Below, in pieces: positions 16,712-24,696 of a stretch of 35,456 nt of DNA. The position numbers were made by a program, and so were the translations under genes. The stretch covers positions 1 through 35,456 of IMG/VR virus record IMGVR_UViG_3300045988_035653; one strand, written 5' to 3'. The notes beneath the pieces are model-generated. The model saw only the letters and a program-made list of their open reading frames with translations, ran no database searches and had not been told where the DNA came from. Each line of letters opens with the position of its first letter. Within the stretch, counting starts at the first letter, position 1. This DNA comes from a virus.

Positions 16712-17875
16712 TTAGCCTTCGATGTCAAAGTCGCATAGCGGGCTATACTCCACACCCTTAGCGGATTCCGGTACTAGTTTCGGCGCGCCGGGTCGTGATT
16801 CGATCGCGTCTCCAAATCTCGCGCTAAACACTTTTTTACCCAACAGTTTTTCAAGATCGCCAATACCTTTTAGCTTGATGTTTAGTACCTCGTCCTCTAG
16901 GAACTCGTTTAGGAGTGCTTGGCGTATCTTTGCCTCGTCCTTGATAACTCGGCTTGACCGTCCGGCTACTAACTTGTAGCCCTCCCATTTATGCCCCTGT
17001 ATTGCTCTATCGTAAACGTACTTATTAACTGATTCGATCCAGCTCTTATACGTGCCGATCTTACCGATAAGGTCGGTTACTTCTTCGTCAGACAATAGAA
17101 GAGGCTCGGGCTTTTCGTCGAAGTCTGCAAGTATGGCATCCCGTTGCGCCCTGCATTGGGCCTTAACCGGACAAAATCCGCACCAATTCCCAATAACCTG
17201 TTTTCCTTTGCCCTGTATTGCTGCTTTTGCGGCCGGTTTCAGGACTTTTTCCGCCCAGTCGAGTAATTCACCCTTCGACATCTCAAACGTGTCGTAGTGG
17301 TCTAATCTGACTTGTGCTATTGTCATTCGGATATTGGTTATGACCTTTGATGCCGCCGCCTTCAAAGCTCCCAAAGCATATAACATCATTTGTTCGTTGT
17401 GATCAGCGGTCACCTTAACGCCGGCGCCGTACTTCAAATCTATAATGTGTATCGTCTTGTCAGATACTAGTGTTACGTCTACCGATCCGAACGAATCCGG
17501 CGCGTAATCGGTAATGTCTACTTTACGCTCTAGGAACATTTCGCTTAACCCGTCTGCTTTCTGCATCTCGTAATTTTCACCGATAATGTAATCGCAATAA
17601 TCGCGAATGTAATTTGCCATGTCAATACTAAACAGCGGGTTTTTAAGGTGTTCATCCTTGATTGGCAGGGCTTCGTCTATGATCGGATCATATATGCCTT
17701 CTAGGTATTGGGTCAAAGCGTGTTCGGCTATTTCGTGGGCTAGTGTGCCCTCTTCGGCGTAAACGCTTGACTTGCTTCCGGCAGCTTCCGCTAGTAGCGC
17801 CGATGGAGTACAATGAATCCATCGTTTCGCGCTACTCGGCGATAAAATCGCGTGGTCTCTATCTGCGTGTCCCAT
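16712..17875 (-). CDS. PD-(D/E)XK nuclease, DUF2800/Cas4-like with Cys cluster
   Basis: N-terminal HAILSPSSAKRWIHCTPS, IIDLKYG core, CGFCPVKAQC cysteine cluster. Confidence 0.8.
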   Translation of the reverse strand: MGHADRDHAILSPSSAKRWIHCTPSALLAEAAGSKSSVYAEEGTLAHEIAEHALTQYLEGIYDPIIDEALPIKDEHLKNPLFSIDMANYIRDYCDYIIGENYEMQKADGLSEMFLERKVDITDYAPDSFGSVDVTLVSDKTIHIIDLKYGAGVKVTADHNEQMMLYALGALKAAASKVITNIRMTIAQVRLDHYDTFEMSKGELLDWAEKVLKPAAKAAIQGKGKQVIGNWCGFCPVKAQCRAQRDAILADFDEKPEPLLLSDEEVTDLIGKIGTYKSWIESVNKYVYDRAIQGHKWEGYKLVAGRSSRVIKDEAKIRQALLNEFLEDEVLNIKLKGIGDLEKLLGKKVFSARFGDAIESRPGAPKLVPESAKGVEYSPLCDFDIEG

Positions 17876-18477
17876 TATAGACGGCTTGAAATGTATGCAA
17901 CAAAATCGCTAAACATCTCTTCCTTCAACGTCGGGAAACTAGACGCGCCTACGCTTTCAAAAGCTTCCTGTACAATCGGGCGTTTCTTAGCGTTTAGAGC
18001 CTTCATAGCCCAGGACTTACAGTCGTCGATAGTATAAGACGCTGCATCCGTTTTAGGTTCTGCTGGTGCAGGCTCTTCAACCTTTGCAGGCTCTTCTGCT
18101 GGTGCAGGCTCTGCTGCTGGTGCTGGCTCTTCTGCTGGTGCAGGTGCTTCTGCTGGTGCAGGTGCTTCTGCTGGTGCAGGTGCTTCTGCTGGTGCAGGCT
18201 CTTCGATCGGTGCAGGCTCTTCTGCTGGTGCAGGCTTCGCGGCTCGTTTAGCACGGGTCTTGGCGCGTTCAGATTCTACGATCTCGGCCACTGTTTTAGG
18301 CTTCTCTTCGCTCTTCACCTTTGTTGCTTCTACAACTTCATCCGCCAACTTGTCAAGATCGGTTTTACGTTCCGTTACTTCCGGTATGGCTTCGCCCGCC
18401 AATTCGCGCAAATAGATAGACGTTGCTAACAAAAATTCTCTACTCTCATTTCCGATTAATTCGATTACTACTTTCAT
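17875..18477 (-). CDS. Pro/Ala/Glu-repeat linker protein with folded N- and C-terminal ends, 200 aa
   Basis: Ten in-phase 18-bp units encode (E/A)(E/A)PAPA; coupled to both neighbours. Confidence 0.75.
   Translation of the reverse strand: MKVVIELIGNESREFLLATSIYLRELAGEAIPEVTERKTDLDKLADEVVEATKVKSEEKPKTVAEIVESERAKTRAKRAAKPAPAEEPAPIEEPAPAEAPAPAEAPAPAEAPAPAEEPAPAAEPAPAEEPAKVEEPAPAEPKTDAASYTIDDCKSWAMKALNAKKRPIVQEAFESVGASSFPTLKEEMFSDFVAYISSRL
18061..18240. repeat. Tandem 18-bp repeat array (10 units, 3 perfect: tgctggtgcaggtgcttc at 18133-18186)
   Basis: Counted directly; in frame within the 17875..18477 CDS. Confidence 0.9.
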
Positions 18478-18653
18478 TTTTTCTTAAAATTAAAAATTGT
18501 TTCTAATAGTTCATTTTTGCTCACTCTGATTCTGCCCGTCCCATTCTCGTACCGGGTGAGTTTTCCGGCGTTGAGCTGGTAGCGTATTGCGTTTTCGGTG
18601 CACTCCGCTAACCGGGCGGCTTCCGCCACTGTGATAAGTTCTACTTTTTCCAT
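18474..18653 (-). CDS. Small excisionase/MerR-like HTH DNA-binding protein, 59 aa (below ORF-track cutoff)
   Basis: Hand translation MEKVELITVAEAARLAECTENAIRYQLNAGKLTRYENGTGRIRVSKNELLETIFNFKKK; its TGA overlaps the ATG of the next gene. Confidence 0.6.
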   Translation of the reverse strand: MEKVELITVAEAARLAECTENAIRYQLNAGKLTRYENGTGRIRVSKNELLETIFNFKKK

Positions 18654-18967
18654 TTCATCTTTTCGTTAAATTTAAAATTCAATTTGTCAGACGTTCGATA
18701 AGTTTGTACGTGATCGGAATAAGCGGCGCGCCGGGCTTGCTCGAAAATAGTTTCGTAACGTTTGGCGTGTGGAATTATAAAGCCCTGGATTTTATACTTA
18801 AACTTTTTTCCGGCTTCTTCTTCTCGTTGCAAGTATTCGAACACCATTTTCGAACTGCCCGGATAGCCGTATAGCATTGTAGCCTCGCCTATAGTTTTGC
18901 ACGCCGTAATCCTTTCCCGTATAATCTTATAAAAGAACGCTTCTAACTTATAAATGTCTATTGCCAT
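18641..18967 (-). CDS. Hypothetical early protein, 108 aa (first gene after the early promoter)
   Basis: ATG-initiated; 77 nt downstream of the promoter -7 box. Confidence 0.7.
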   Translation of the reverse strand: MAIDIYKLEAFFYKIIRERITACKTIGEATMLYGYPGSSKMVFEYLQREEEAGKKFKYKIQGFIIPHAKRYETIFEQARRAAYSDHVQTYRTSDKLNFKFNEKMKWKK

Positions 18968-19043
18968 ATCTAGTAATGTTTATTACGATTCTCCGATCTC
19001 GGAATAGTTCAACAAATTTAGTTGGTTTCTCATTTCGATGTTA

Positions 19044-19073
19044 CAAAGGTACAGCTTTATTTTGAACTACAAA
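19044..19073 (-). promoter_or_regulatory. Bacteroidota-type early promoter (TTTG-18 nt-TACCTTTG)
   Basis: The minus strand reads TTTGTAGTTCAAAATAAAGCTGTACCTTTG; the spacer resembles the SSB promoter (AAAATAAAGC). Confidence 0.65.
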
Positions 19074-19229
19074 ACTATTTCCCAAAAAACTTTAGTAATT
19101 TAACTCTGATTAACTGTTTTGAAGGTTTGATAACAGTGTCAATGAAGAATAGCCCTTTTTCAACGTATGTTTCCACCCTTAACTGCGTGCGTATCAGTTA
19201 GTTAAGTGGCAAAAACGGGTGAAGTGTCT

Positions 19230-19439
19230 AAGATAAGAGATAGTTTCCCTATTAGTTTATATTTAAATATTTCTATAAATTCATTCACATATTAATTCAT
19301 ATATTTACATATTTTATAGATTATATTACTATTTCATTCTTATCTCTATATAACATCTTTCCATCTTTGACAAATGATATATATTATATGATAAAGTACT
19401 ATAAATAAGCGAGTTAGGTGTGATAGATACAAATTTTAA
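19230..19439. repeat. AT-rich intergenic element, copy B (homologous to 4178..4388)
   Basis: Same conserved ends and same length (210 versus 211 bp) as copy A. Confidence 0.85.
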
Positions 19440-19452
19440 TCATTCACAAGCA

Positions 19453-19483
19453 AAAACGCCAACTCGTTAAGAATCAGCGTTTT
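19453..19483 (-). terminator. Weak hairpin AAAACGC-17 nt-GCGTTTT after the lysis cassette
   Basis: 7-bp stem about 50 nt downstream of the stop at 19534, followed by a U-rich tract on the minus strand. Confidence 0.3.
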
Positions 19484-19533
19484 AAGTTTTCAAGTGTGAA
19501 AGATGGAAGTGCATTTATAAAAGATGAAAAGCA

Positions 19534-20121
19534 TTATTTGTCGAATTCTGCCGAAAATTTTACATGTATTTTAGATTTCGGGTTTTTATTCGATACGGTT
19601 ATCGTTTGTTTCGGTTTTCCGATCCGGAAGAATAAAAATCTCTTTTGTTTTACTGATCCGATCACGTCGATCGTGTCGATACTGCTAGATTTTATAATTG
19701 TAGTGTCTGGTTTGGATTCAACTTGTATATCATTCCACCCATCGAAATAGTGCGCAAATCGGTTTTCTTTGTTCCCGTCCCGGTATTCTGTCTTAACCAC
19801 GGTGTCCACCTTGGTAACTGTCTCGGCGCGTGTCGCATTCTTTAATTCCCTTATCTTTATTCCCGCCTCGCGTACCTTATTATATAGATCGGCGTTATAT
19901 AGTTCCAGCTCGTCCTTCTCTAGTTTTAACTGCCTAGCCTGTTCCGCATAATCGCCCGCCGTAGTCTTGAACGCTACGGCCTCGGTGTTAAGCGCGGTGA
20001 GGTTGTTTTCCTGCCTTTCTAGCTCTTTTCTCTGCTTTTGTACTGTCTTGTACGATGCATACAACAAAATGGCAAGAAGGACCGCTAAACACACCAATAT
20101 CTTATCTAATGTTATTTTCAT
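19534..20121 (-). CDS. Membrane-anchored coiled-coil protein, spanin-like lysis accessory (function tentative)
   Basis: N-terminal helix ILVCLAVLLAILLYASY, heptad-rich segment; ATGA-coupled to the endolysin gene. Confidence 0.6.
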   Translation of the reverse strand: MKITLDKILVCLAVLLAILLYASYKTVQKQRKELERQENNLTALNTEAVAFKTTAGDYAEQARQLKLEKDELELYNADLYNKVREAGIKIRELKNATRAETVTKVDTVVKTEYRDGNKENRFAHYFDGWNDIQVESKPDTTIIKSSSIDTIDVIGSVKQKRFLFFRIGKPKQTITVSNKNPKSKIHVKFSAEFDK

Positions 20122-20516
20122 AGGTGCAGTATTTGACGTTTCACGTTGTTCTTATCGTATGAGATATGCACCCATGAAAAATTCTTCTCATCGATAAGCT
20201 GGCAATACGGTAAATTGAGTTTTTGCGCCAGTTCAAAGAGTTTCTTGTTCTCCTGTTTGCTTCCCGCTGTAATGTCCGCCGCTTGTCCCTTCATGTGCTG
20301 CGACGTTTTAGAGCCTTTCACCGCCGCGTTTAGGACGGGCGATCTGTACCCGCTATTAACTCGGATCGGTTTGCCGTACGCGTCCCGTAATGGGTCTAGC
20401 ACGTTATTGACTAGCTGTTTCAGATTCTCCGCTGCTTCCGGTGTCGGATCGTTGTTGATCTTCTTCGCCGCCGCTGTCGTTGACGCGGTTAGCTCTTGGA
20501 TTGTGAAGTTTCGCAT
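20118..20516 (-). CDS. Endolysin, peptidase M15 (VanY/M15_3-like L-alanyl-D-glutamate or D-Ala-D-Ala peptidase)
   Basis: SGYRSPVLNAAVKGSKTSQHMKGQAADI (H-x6-D zinc ligands) and WVHISY. Confidence 0.85.
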   Translation of the reverse strand: MRNFTIQELTASTTAAAKKINNDPTPEAAENLKQLVNNVLDPLRDAYGKPIRVNSGYRSPVLNAAVKGSKTSQHMKGQAADITAGSKQENKKLFELAQKLNLPYCQLIDEKNFSWVHISYDKNNVKRQILHL

Positions 20517-20934
20517 TTTTCAAATTTTTTATAAAGTCCGAATATTTAGTATTAATCAGTATATCCAGTACAGCGATAAATTCGTTATCCGGTTGGATCT
20601 TTTTAAAGTTACGAATAATATTCTTAGAATACACCAGCGCGAAAAGCGTTGTAAGTAATCGTAATAAGTCCGTATAGTTCCCTGCCGGCTCAATAAGCCG
20701 TGCGGCTGCTGCTGTGAATAGAATCACGATCGCCGCGATAGCGTACTCAAAGAAGGCGTGGAAAGCCTTTTTATGGCTGTATTTTTCACCGGCCCTTAAA
20801 CCCGCGATAAGTCCTACTATGAAATTTAATGTGCCGAATAAGATTATAAGGACGAAGAAAGTCATCACATCGTTAGTAACTGTTAGCAAGAAAGCTAGAG
20901 ACGCGACACGCGCCGTATCAAAAACTCCATCCAT
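20404..20934 (-). CDS. Holin-like multi-pass membrane protein (176 aa from MDGVFD; ORF open to 20976)
   Basis: 3-4 hydrophobic helices, FIVGLIAGLRAGEKYSHKK motif, charged C-terminal tail; TAATG coupling at 20934. Confidence 0.6.
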   Translation of the reverse strand: MDGVFDTARVASLAFLLTVTNDVMTFFVLIILFGTLNFIVGLIAGLRAGEKYSHKKAFHAFFEYAIAAIVILFTAAAARLIEPAGNYTDLLRLLTTLFALVYSKNIIRNFKKIQPDNEFIAVLDILINTKYSDFIKNLKNAKLHNPRANRVNDSGGEEDQQRSDTGSSGESETASQ

Positions 20935-21371
20935 TATTTTATCAAACATATCCGTGATTGTACCCTGTGTGAACATTCCTCTTTAATCAGTCCGGCGGTT
21001 TTAAACGCCTTGATTAACGGGACTATAAATAAATCAGCTTTTCCGCGTTCCGCCTCAAAACGCCTCGCTTTGTTATCATCGGCTAGAACGTAGCTGCCGC
21101 CATAGTTTTGTATTTTTAGGCCGCTCGCCGTGCTCTGCTGCTCGCTTGTCTGCAAGTAGCGCGCAAAGGCATAGTAGCATAATACTTTATTAGCTCCTGT
21201 ACGCGCCGGTGTATCACCTAGGTATTCCGGCGGTATCTCTTCATACGATCGTTTGAGCTGCGGCGACATGTCGAGCATATCGGCTTCATAAAAAGCTTTT
21301 TCGATGTCGCTATCTTTAACGTCCTTTGCGATCGTAAACAAATCTCGTAGTAATTGGATCGGGTATGCCAT
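20934..21371 (-). CDS. Hypothetical virion-module protein, 145 aa
   Basis: ATG-initiated, between the portal and holin genes. Confidence 0.7.
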   Translation of the reverse strand: MAYPIQLLRDLFTIAKDVKDSDIEKAFYEADMLDMSPQLKRSYEEIPPEYLGDTPARTGANKVLCYYAFARYLQTSEQQSTASGLKIQNYGGSYVLADDNKARRFEAERGKADLFIVPLIKAFKTAGLIKEECSHRVQSRICLIK

Positions 21372-21372
21372 A

Positions 21373-22521
21373 TTAATCTGTTATTACTTGGTCGGCGGGT
21401 GTAGCCACATCGCCTTCCAAATCGTTTTTAATCTTAGTTAGTTCCGGGTCTATGTCGAATATATAGGCTAGATCGCGGGAAATCTTATCACGGACACGCG
21501 CCAATGAACGGCGGTAAACGCGTTGCATCTCCTTAACCACTTCACCCGATGCGTTCGAAAAGCTGATCAATGATGAATCAATAAGCGGGATCGGAATGGT
21601 GAAACAAGAAATAGCGATGTCTTTCCGCAACGGCTCGCAATACGATTTGTACAGGTCGGAATCAATAGGTGTTCCGATTTGATCCACCCGGATAAAGGGT
21701 TTCTCCGTAATACCTACGTTCTCGTCCCTTACTGTGAGAACCGCGCCGGTTCCTTCTACTCCCATCATTTCGGTAATAGCATCGCGGAAATCGTTTTGCT
21801 CCTGATCGCTTTGAAACATCCCATGTGATACGACGCTACAAGCGTGGAATCCGCGCGCTAGAACGTTCTCAACGTACAACGCATTCCCGTGTTCGGCTCC
21901 CATTTCGGGCTGTACCGCGTGAAACGGGCTGATAGGATAAGGGCGACGGTTTGAGAAGTTGGCGTAATAGAGTTGTCCCGGATGGTTTTCAATGCCTCCG
22001 TACTCTTCGCACTCCTTCCAAAAGTTTTTAGGGTTGAAGTTCGGATAAACTACGCCCGTCTTTACGTTCGTGTCCTTCAGCATCTCACGTTCCCAGTTAT
22101 CGAATACGCGCCATTTCCGCACGATCGAATCCCGTTTGTAGTCTTCGTTGAGAACGGCACGAACGTAACCGAACGGCACGGGATAGCAGTACAAGGGGCG
22201 ACCATCGCCGCCGTATTGTACTATTAACGCGTAACCCCTATATCTTGGTATCTCGTCCGCTACGAACTCCAAAACGTCGTTCATGTCCTGTCCGTGCTCG
22301 TTGGTTCTCGCTGCAAATTCTTCGTTAACGAACCCTTCGCAAATGATGTTTTCCTTCGCTTTGTCGCAACACGCCGTAGCGGTCTTGCTAGCGTCGATAA
22401 GATTTGCGATACGTTGCGGGTATAGATTATCTACATCGTAACTAACCACCCCTTCAGAAGTACGGGGCACTAAATTCAGTGCCCTACGTACTATTAACTC
22501 TATTTTCTTTGCTGCGATCAT
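21373..22521 (-). CDS. Putative portal protein, 382 aa
   Basis: Pattern resembles HK97-family portals: YRGYALIV..., PISPFHAV, MMGVEGTGAVL, CFTIPIPLI. By-eye call only. Confidence 0.55.
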   Translation of the reverse strand: MIAAKKIELIVRRALNLVPRTSEGVVSYDVDNLYPQRIANLIDASKTATACCDKAKENIICEGFVNEEFAARTNEHGQDMNDVLEFVADEIPRYRGYALIVQYGGDGRPLYCYPVPFGYVRAVLNEDYKRDSIVRKWRVFDNWEREMLKDTNVKTGVVYPNFNPKNFWKECEEYGGIENHPGQLYYANFSNRRPYPISPFHAVQPEMGAEHGNALYVENVLARGFHACSVVSHGMFQSDQEQNDFRDAITEMMGVEGTGAVLTVRDENVGITEKPFIRVDQIGTPIDSDLYKSYCEPLRKDIAISCFTIPIPLIDSSLISFSNASGEVVKEMQRVYRRSLARVRDKISRDLAYIFDIDPELTKIKNDLEGDVATPADQVITD

Positions 22522-22538
22522 TGATTTACATTTTTATA

Positions 22539-23030
22539 TTATTCTTCGAACTCCTTAAGACCCTCGGCGGCTTCCGCTTCTGCTGCTGCTGCCTTGTTTG
22601 CTGCTCTAGTAGCCGCCGCCTTTTTAGCCGCTTCACTACGTTTAGCTGCTGCGATCTCTTCTTCTTCTGTCAGCTCCGGTTCACCTTCTACAGGCGCTTC
22701 CGGCGAGAACGGGTCGTCTCCTGTTTCGGGAATTGTAACCGCTTCCGCCTGTAAGTCTATAAAATAGTCCTTGTAATTCTCGTTTGCTTCCATGAACTCC
22801 ATGGCCTTCTCGTCGCTCGTATTAAATGCGCGGTATACTCGTCCATCTTCAATCGAGTTGATGAATAGTCCCGGCTTCATCACGTAGCGGGTGTGCTGTC
22901 CTGTCAAATAACGTTCTTCATACCAACGTTGCGCAAACAGGCGGTCTGCACCGCACACAATATCCAATTTTAGATTAGTCATTGTTTGGCACAATGCCAC
23001 GATTTGCCCTATATCTGTAATTTTTTCCAT
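22539..23030 (-). CDS. Hypothetical protein with acidic/Ala-Lys-rich C-terminal tail, 163 aa
   Basis: ATG-initiated minus ORF. Confidence 0.7.
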   Translation of the reverse strand: MEKITDIGQIVALCQTMTNLKLDIVCGADRLFAQRWYEERYLTGQHTRYVMKPGLFINSIEDGRVYRAFNTSDEKAMEFMEANENYKDYFIDLQAEAVTIPETGDDPFSPEAPVEGEPELTEEEEIAAAKRSEAAKKAAATRAANKAAAAEAEAAEGLKEFEE

Positions 23031-23052
23031 CTTTTAAACTGTTTTAATTTTA

Positions 23053-23592
23053 TTAAACTTTCGGTATCTTCAGACCGTCGTACGCTGCTTTCGCGATCAT
23101 TACCAACATGTCACCCGTTGACGCTTCCGGCGTTTTAAGTGTCACCGTTGAAATACCGCCCGTACTCGAATCGGTCGCGAAATCTGAAGCTTCCAAACCA
23201 CAAAAAGCGCCCGCTAAATAATAGTTACCTGATTTAGACTTTAGCGCTACTCTAAAATTGCCCTTCAGAAGGCTCGTTAACGCCGAACGGTACGCGGTAC
23301 TATCCATAGAGGTCATAACCTTAATAACGACGCTTTGGTCTTCCGCCGCGGGTACTGTATCGTTTGCCTTAATTGCTTCCTGGTACATTACGGAGTTGTT
23401 AACAGAGTTAACTATGTACCCCTTTTTCCCTGTTATCATCGTGATTGTCCCAACCCCGGCGGATTCTGAAATCGTAGAGATGTCCGAAGAGTTTATAATA
23501 ATCGCTTCATCTATTTCACCCGTTCCGCCAGTTAATACAAAATTAGCGCAATCAAATGTAATATCACTATCTAGTTTTTTTAAACATGCCAT
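23053..23592 (-). CDS. Paralogous 180-aa structural protein, copy 3 (tail tube or capsid accessory; unknown)
   Basis: MACLKKL N-terminus and shared GG(F/I)(T/S)TVT.KTP segment with copies 1-2. Confidence 0.8.
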   Translation of the reverse strand: MACLKKLDSDITFDCANFVLTGGTGEIDEAIIINSSDISTISESAGVGTITMITGKKGYIVNSVNNSVMYQEAIKANDTVPAAEDQSVVIKVMTSMDSTAYRSALTSLLKGNFRVALKSKSGNYYLAGAFCGLEASDFATDSSTGGISTVTLKTPEASTGDMLVMIAKAAYDGLKIPKV

Positions 23593-23605
23593 ATAAGCTC
23601 CTCCC

Positions 23606-24139
23606 TTATGATTCTGTTACGATCGCCGCGGCTCTCAATGTGTTATAACTAGCATCCGCAAAGCTTAGACGGGTCTCGCCGATAACATTTTCCGATGTGG
23701 ATAACGTGATGGTAGTAAAACCGCCGTTCGCGTTCATATCCTCCGAAATAGCAGTAGCGCCCAAACCATAATTATACCCGTATGCCCGAATTCTTCCGGC
23801 TTTAGTTTTGACAAGTGCCAGGAACGTACCGTTTAAAATCTGATTTACAATCACAGTTCCGTTTGCGTCTCCCTGATACAGTGTGAACGTAACCGCCTGC
23901 GTCAATGCTGTTGGCGCGTTGTCGTTCTCCTTGATTTCTTCCGTGGCGTTTACACCCTTCTTGTTACTCTCAACCAACACGGCTTTAGCGCCAGCGGCTA
24001 ACGTTATAGTAGCAACCCCGGCTGCTATACTCTTTGACGCAATATCGGCAAAATTGATAAGAAGCATTTCGGCTACGCCTGTCGCCCCTCCGTCGCAATC
24101 AACTAAGATCGCCTTATTTAATTTATTTAAGCATCCCAT
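23606..24139 (-). CDS. Paralogous 180-aa structural protein, copy 2 (177 aa from MGCLNKL)
   Basis: The ATG at 24139 lies 1 nt after the copy-1 stop; aligns with copy 1 at LNKAI, AEM.LINF, ITL..GAK, FTLY, GGFTT.T, IGE.R. Confidence 0.8.
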   Translation of the reverse strand: MGCLNKLNKAILVDCDGGATGVAEMLLINFADIASKSIAAGVATITLAAGAKAVLVESNKKGVNATEEIKENDNAPTALTQAVTFTLYQGDANGTVIVNQILNGTFLALVKTKAGRIRAYGYNYGLGATAISEDMNANGGFTTITLSTSENVIGETRLSFADASYNTLRAAAIVTES

Positions 24140-24140
24140 A

Positions 24141-24677
24141 TTATACAAGTTTTGCGGCTGTGATCGTTGTCCACGCTGCCAAAGTGATTGTTATTCTATT
24201 CTCTCCTATAGCATCGTCCGGCGTTTTAATCGTTACCGTAGTAAACCCGCCTGCCGTGTTAGAATCCGTATCAGCTTGGGAAATTTCAAGCCCACATTTA
24301 TACCCCGCCATGATGGGGGTTGAGTTAATATCGTTCAATTTGATAGCCGCCATGAAACGCCCGGATAACAATGCCGACATAATTGTATTAACTACAACTC
24401 CGTCTTTATTATAAAGGGTGAACATAACGGACTGATCCAGTCCTGCCGAAACATCCGATAACTTCAATGCTTCTGTCAATTTCGCGCCGTTCTTGTAGCA
24501 TTCAACCGGGACTGTCTTTGCCCCCGATTTTAATGTTATCGCCGTGATATAATTGTTAGCGTCGATGGTGGACGCGGTTACGTCGTCAAAGTTAATCAGA
24601 TACATTTCAGCGATACCTACGCTACCAGGTTGGCAGGCGTAGGTAATTGCTTTATTTAATGTCTTTATACAAGCCAT
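24141..24677 (-). CDS. Paralogous 180-aa structural protein, copy 1
   Basis: MACIKTL N-terminus; immediately downstream of the capsid gene. Confidence 0.8.
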   Translation of the reverse strand: MACIKTLNKAITYACQPGSVGIAEMYLINFDDVTASTIDANNYITAITLKSGAKTVPVECYKNGAKLTEALKLSDVSAGLDQSVMFTLYNKDGVVVNTIMSALLSGRFMAAIKLNDINSTPIMAGYKCGLEISQADTDSNTAGGFTTVTIKTPDDAIGENRITITLAAWTTITAAKLV

Positions 24678-24696
24678 TTAAACTTTGTTTTAATTA

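Noticed and set aside
18061-18240. The regular 18-bp repeat array as a possible CRISPR or other spacer-repeat locus
   Set aside because: The units are contiguous with no spacers, are in frame within a CDS, and no cas genes are present.
18003-18254. ORFs 18003..18254 (-) and 18066..18251 (+) with monotonous LHQQK / LLLVQ repeats
   Set aside because: They are alternative-frame and antisense readings of the 18-bp tandem repeat inside the 17875..18477 gene. They have no independent start context and are repeat artefacts.
20146-20658. Plus-strand ORFs throughout the track (for example 20146..20658, 31632..32084, 23883..24323, 12000..12386)
   Set aside because: All lie antisense inside long, motif-supported minus-strand genes. 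They have Ser/Leu/Arg-rich shadow composition, and many start with non-ATG codons.
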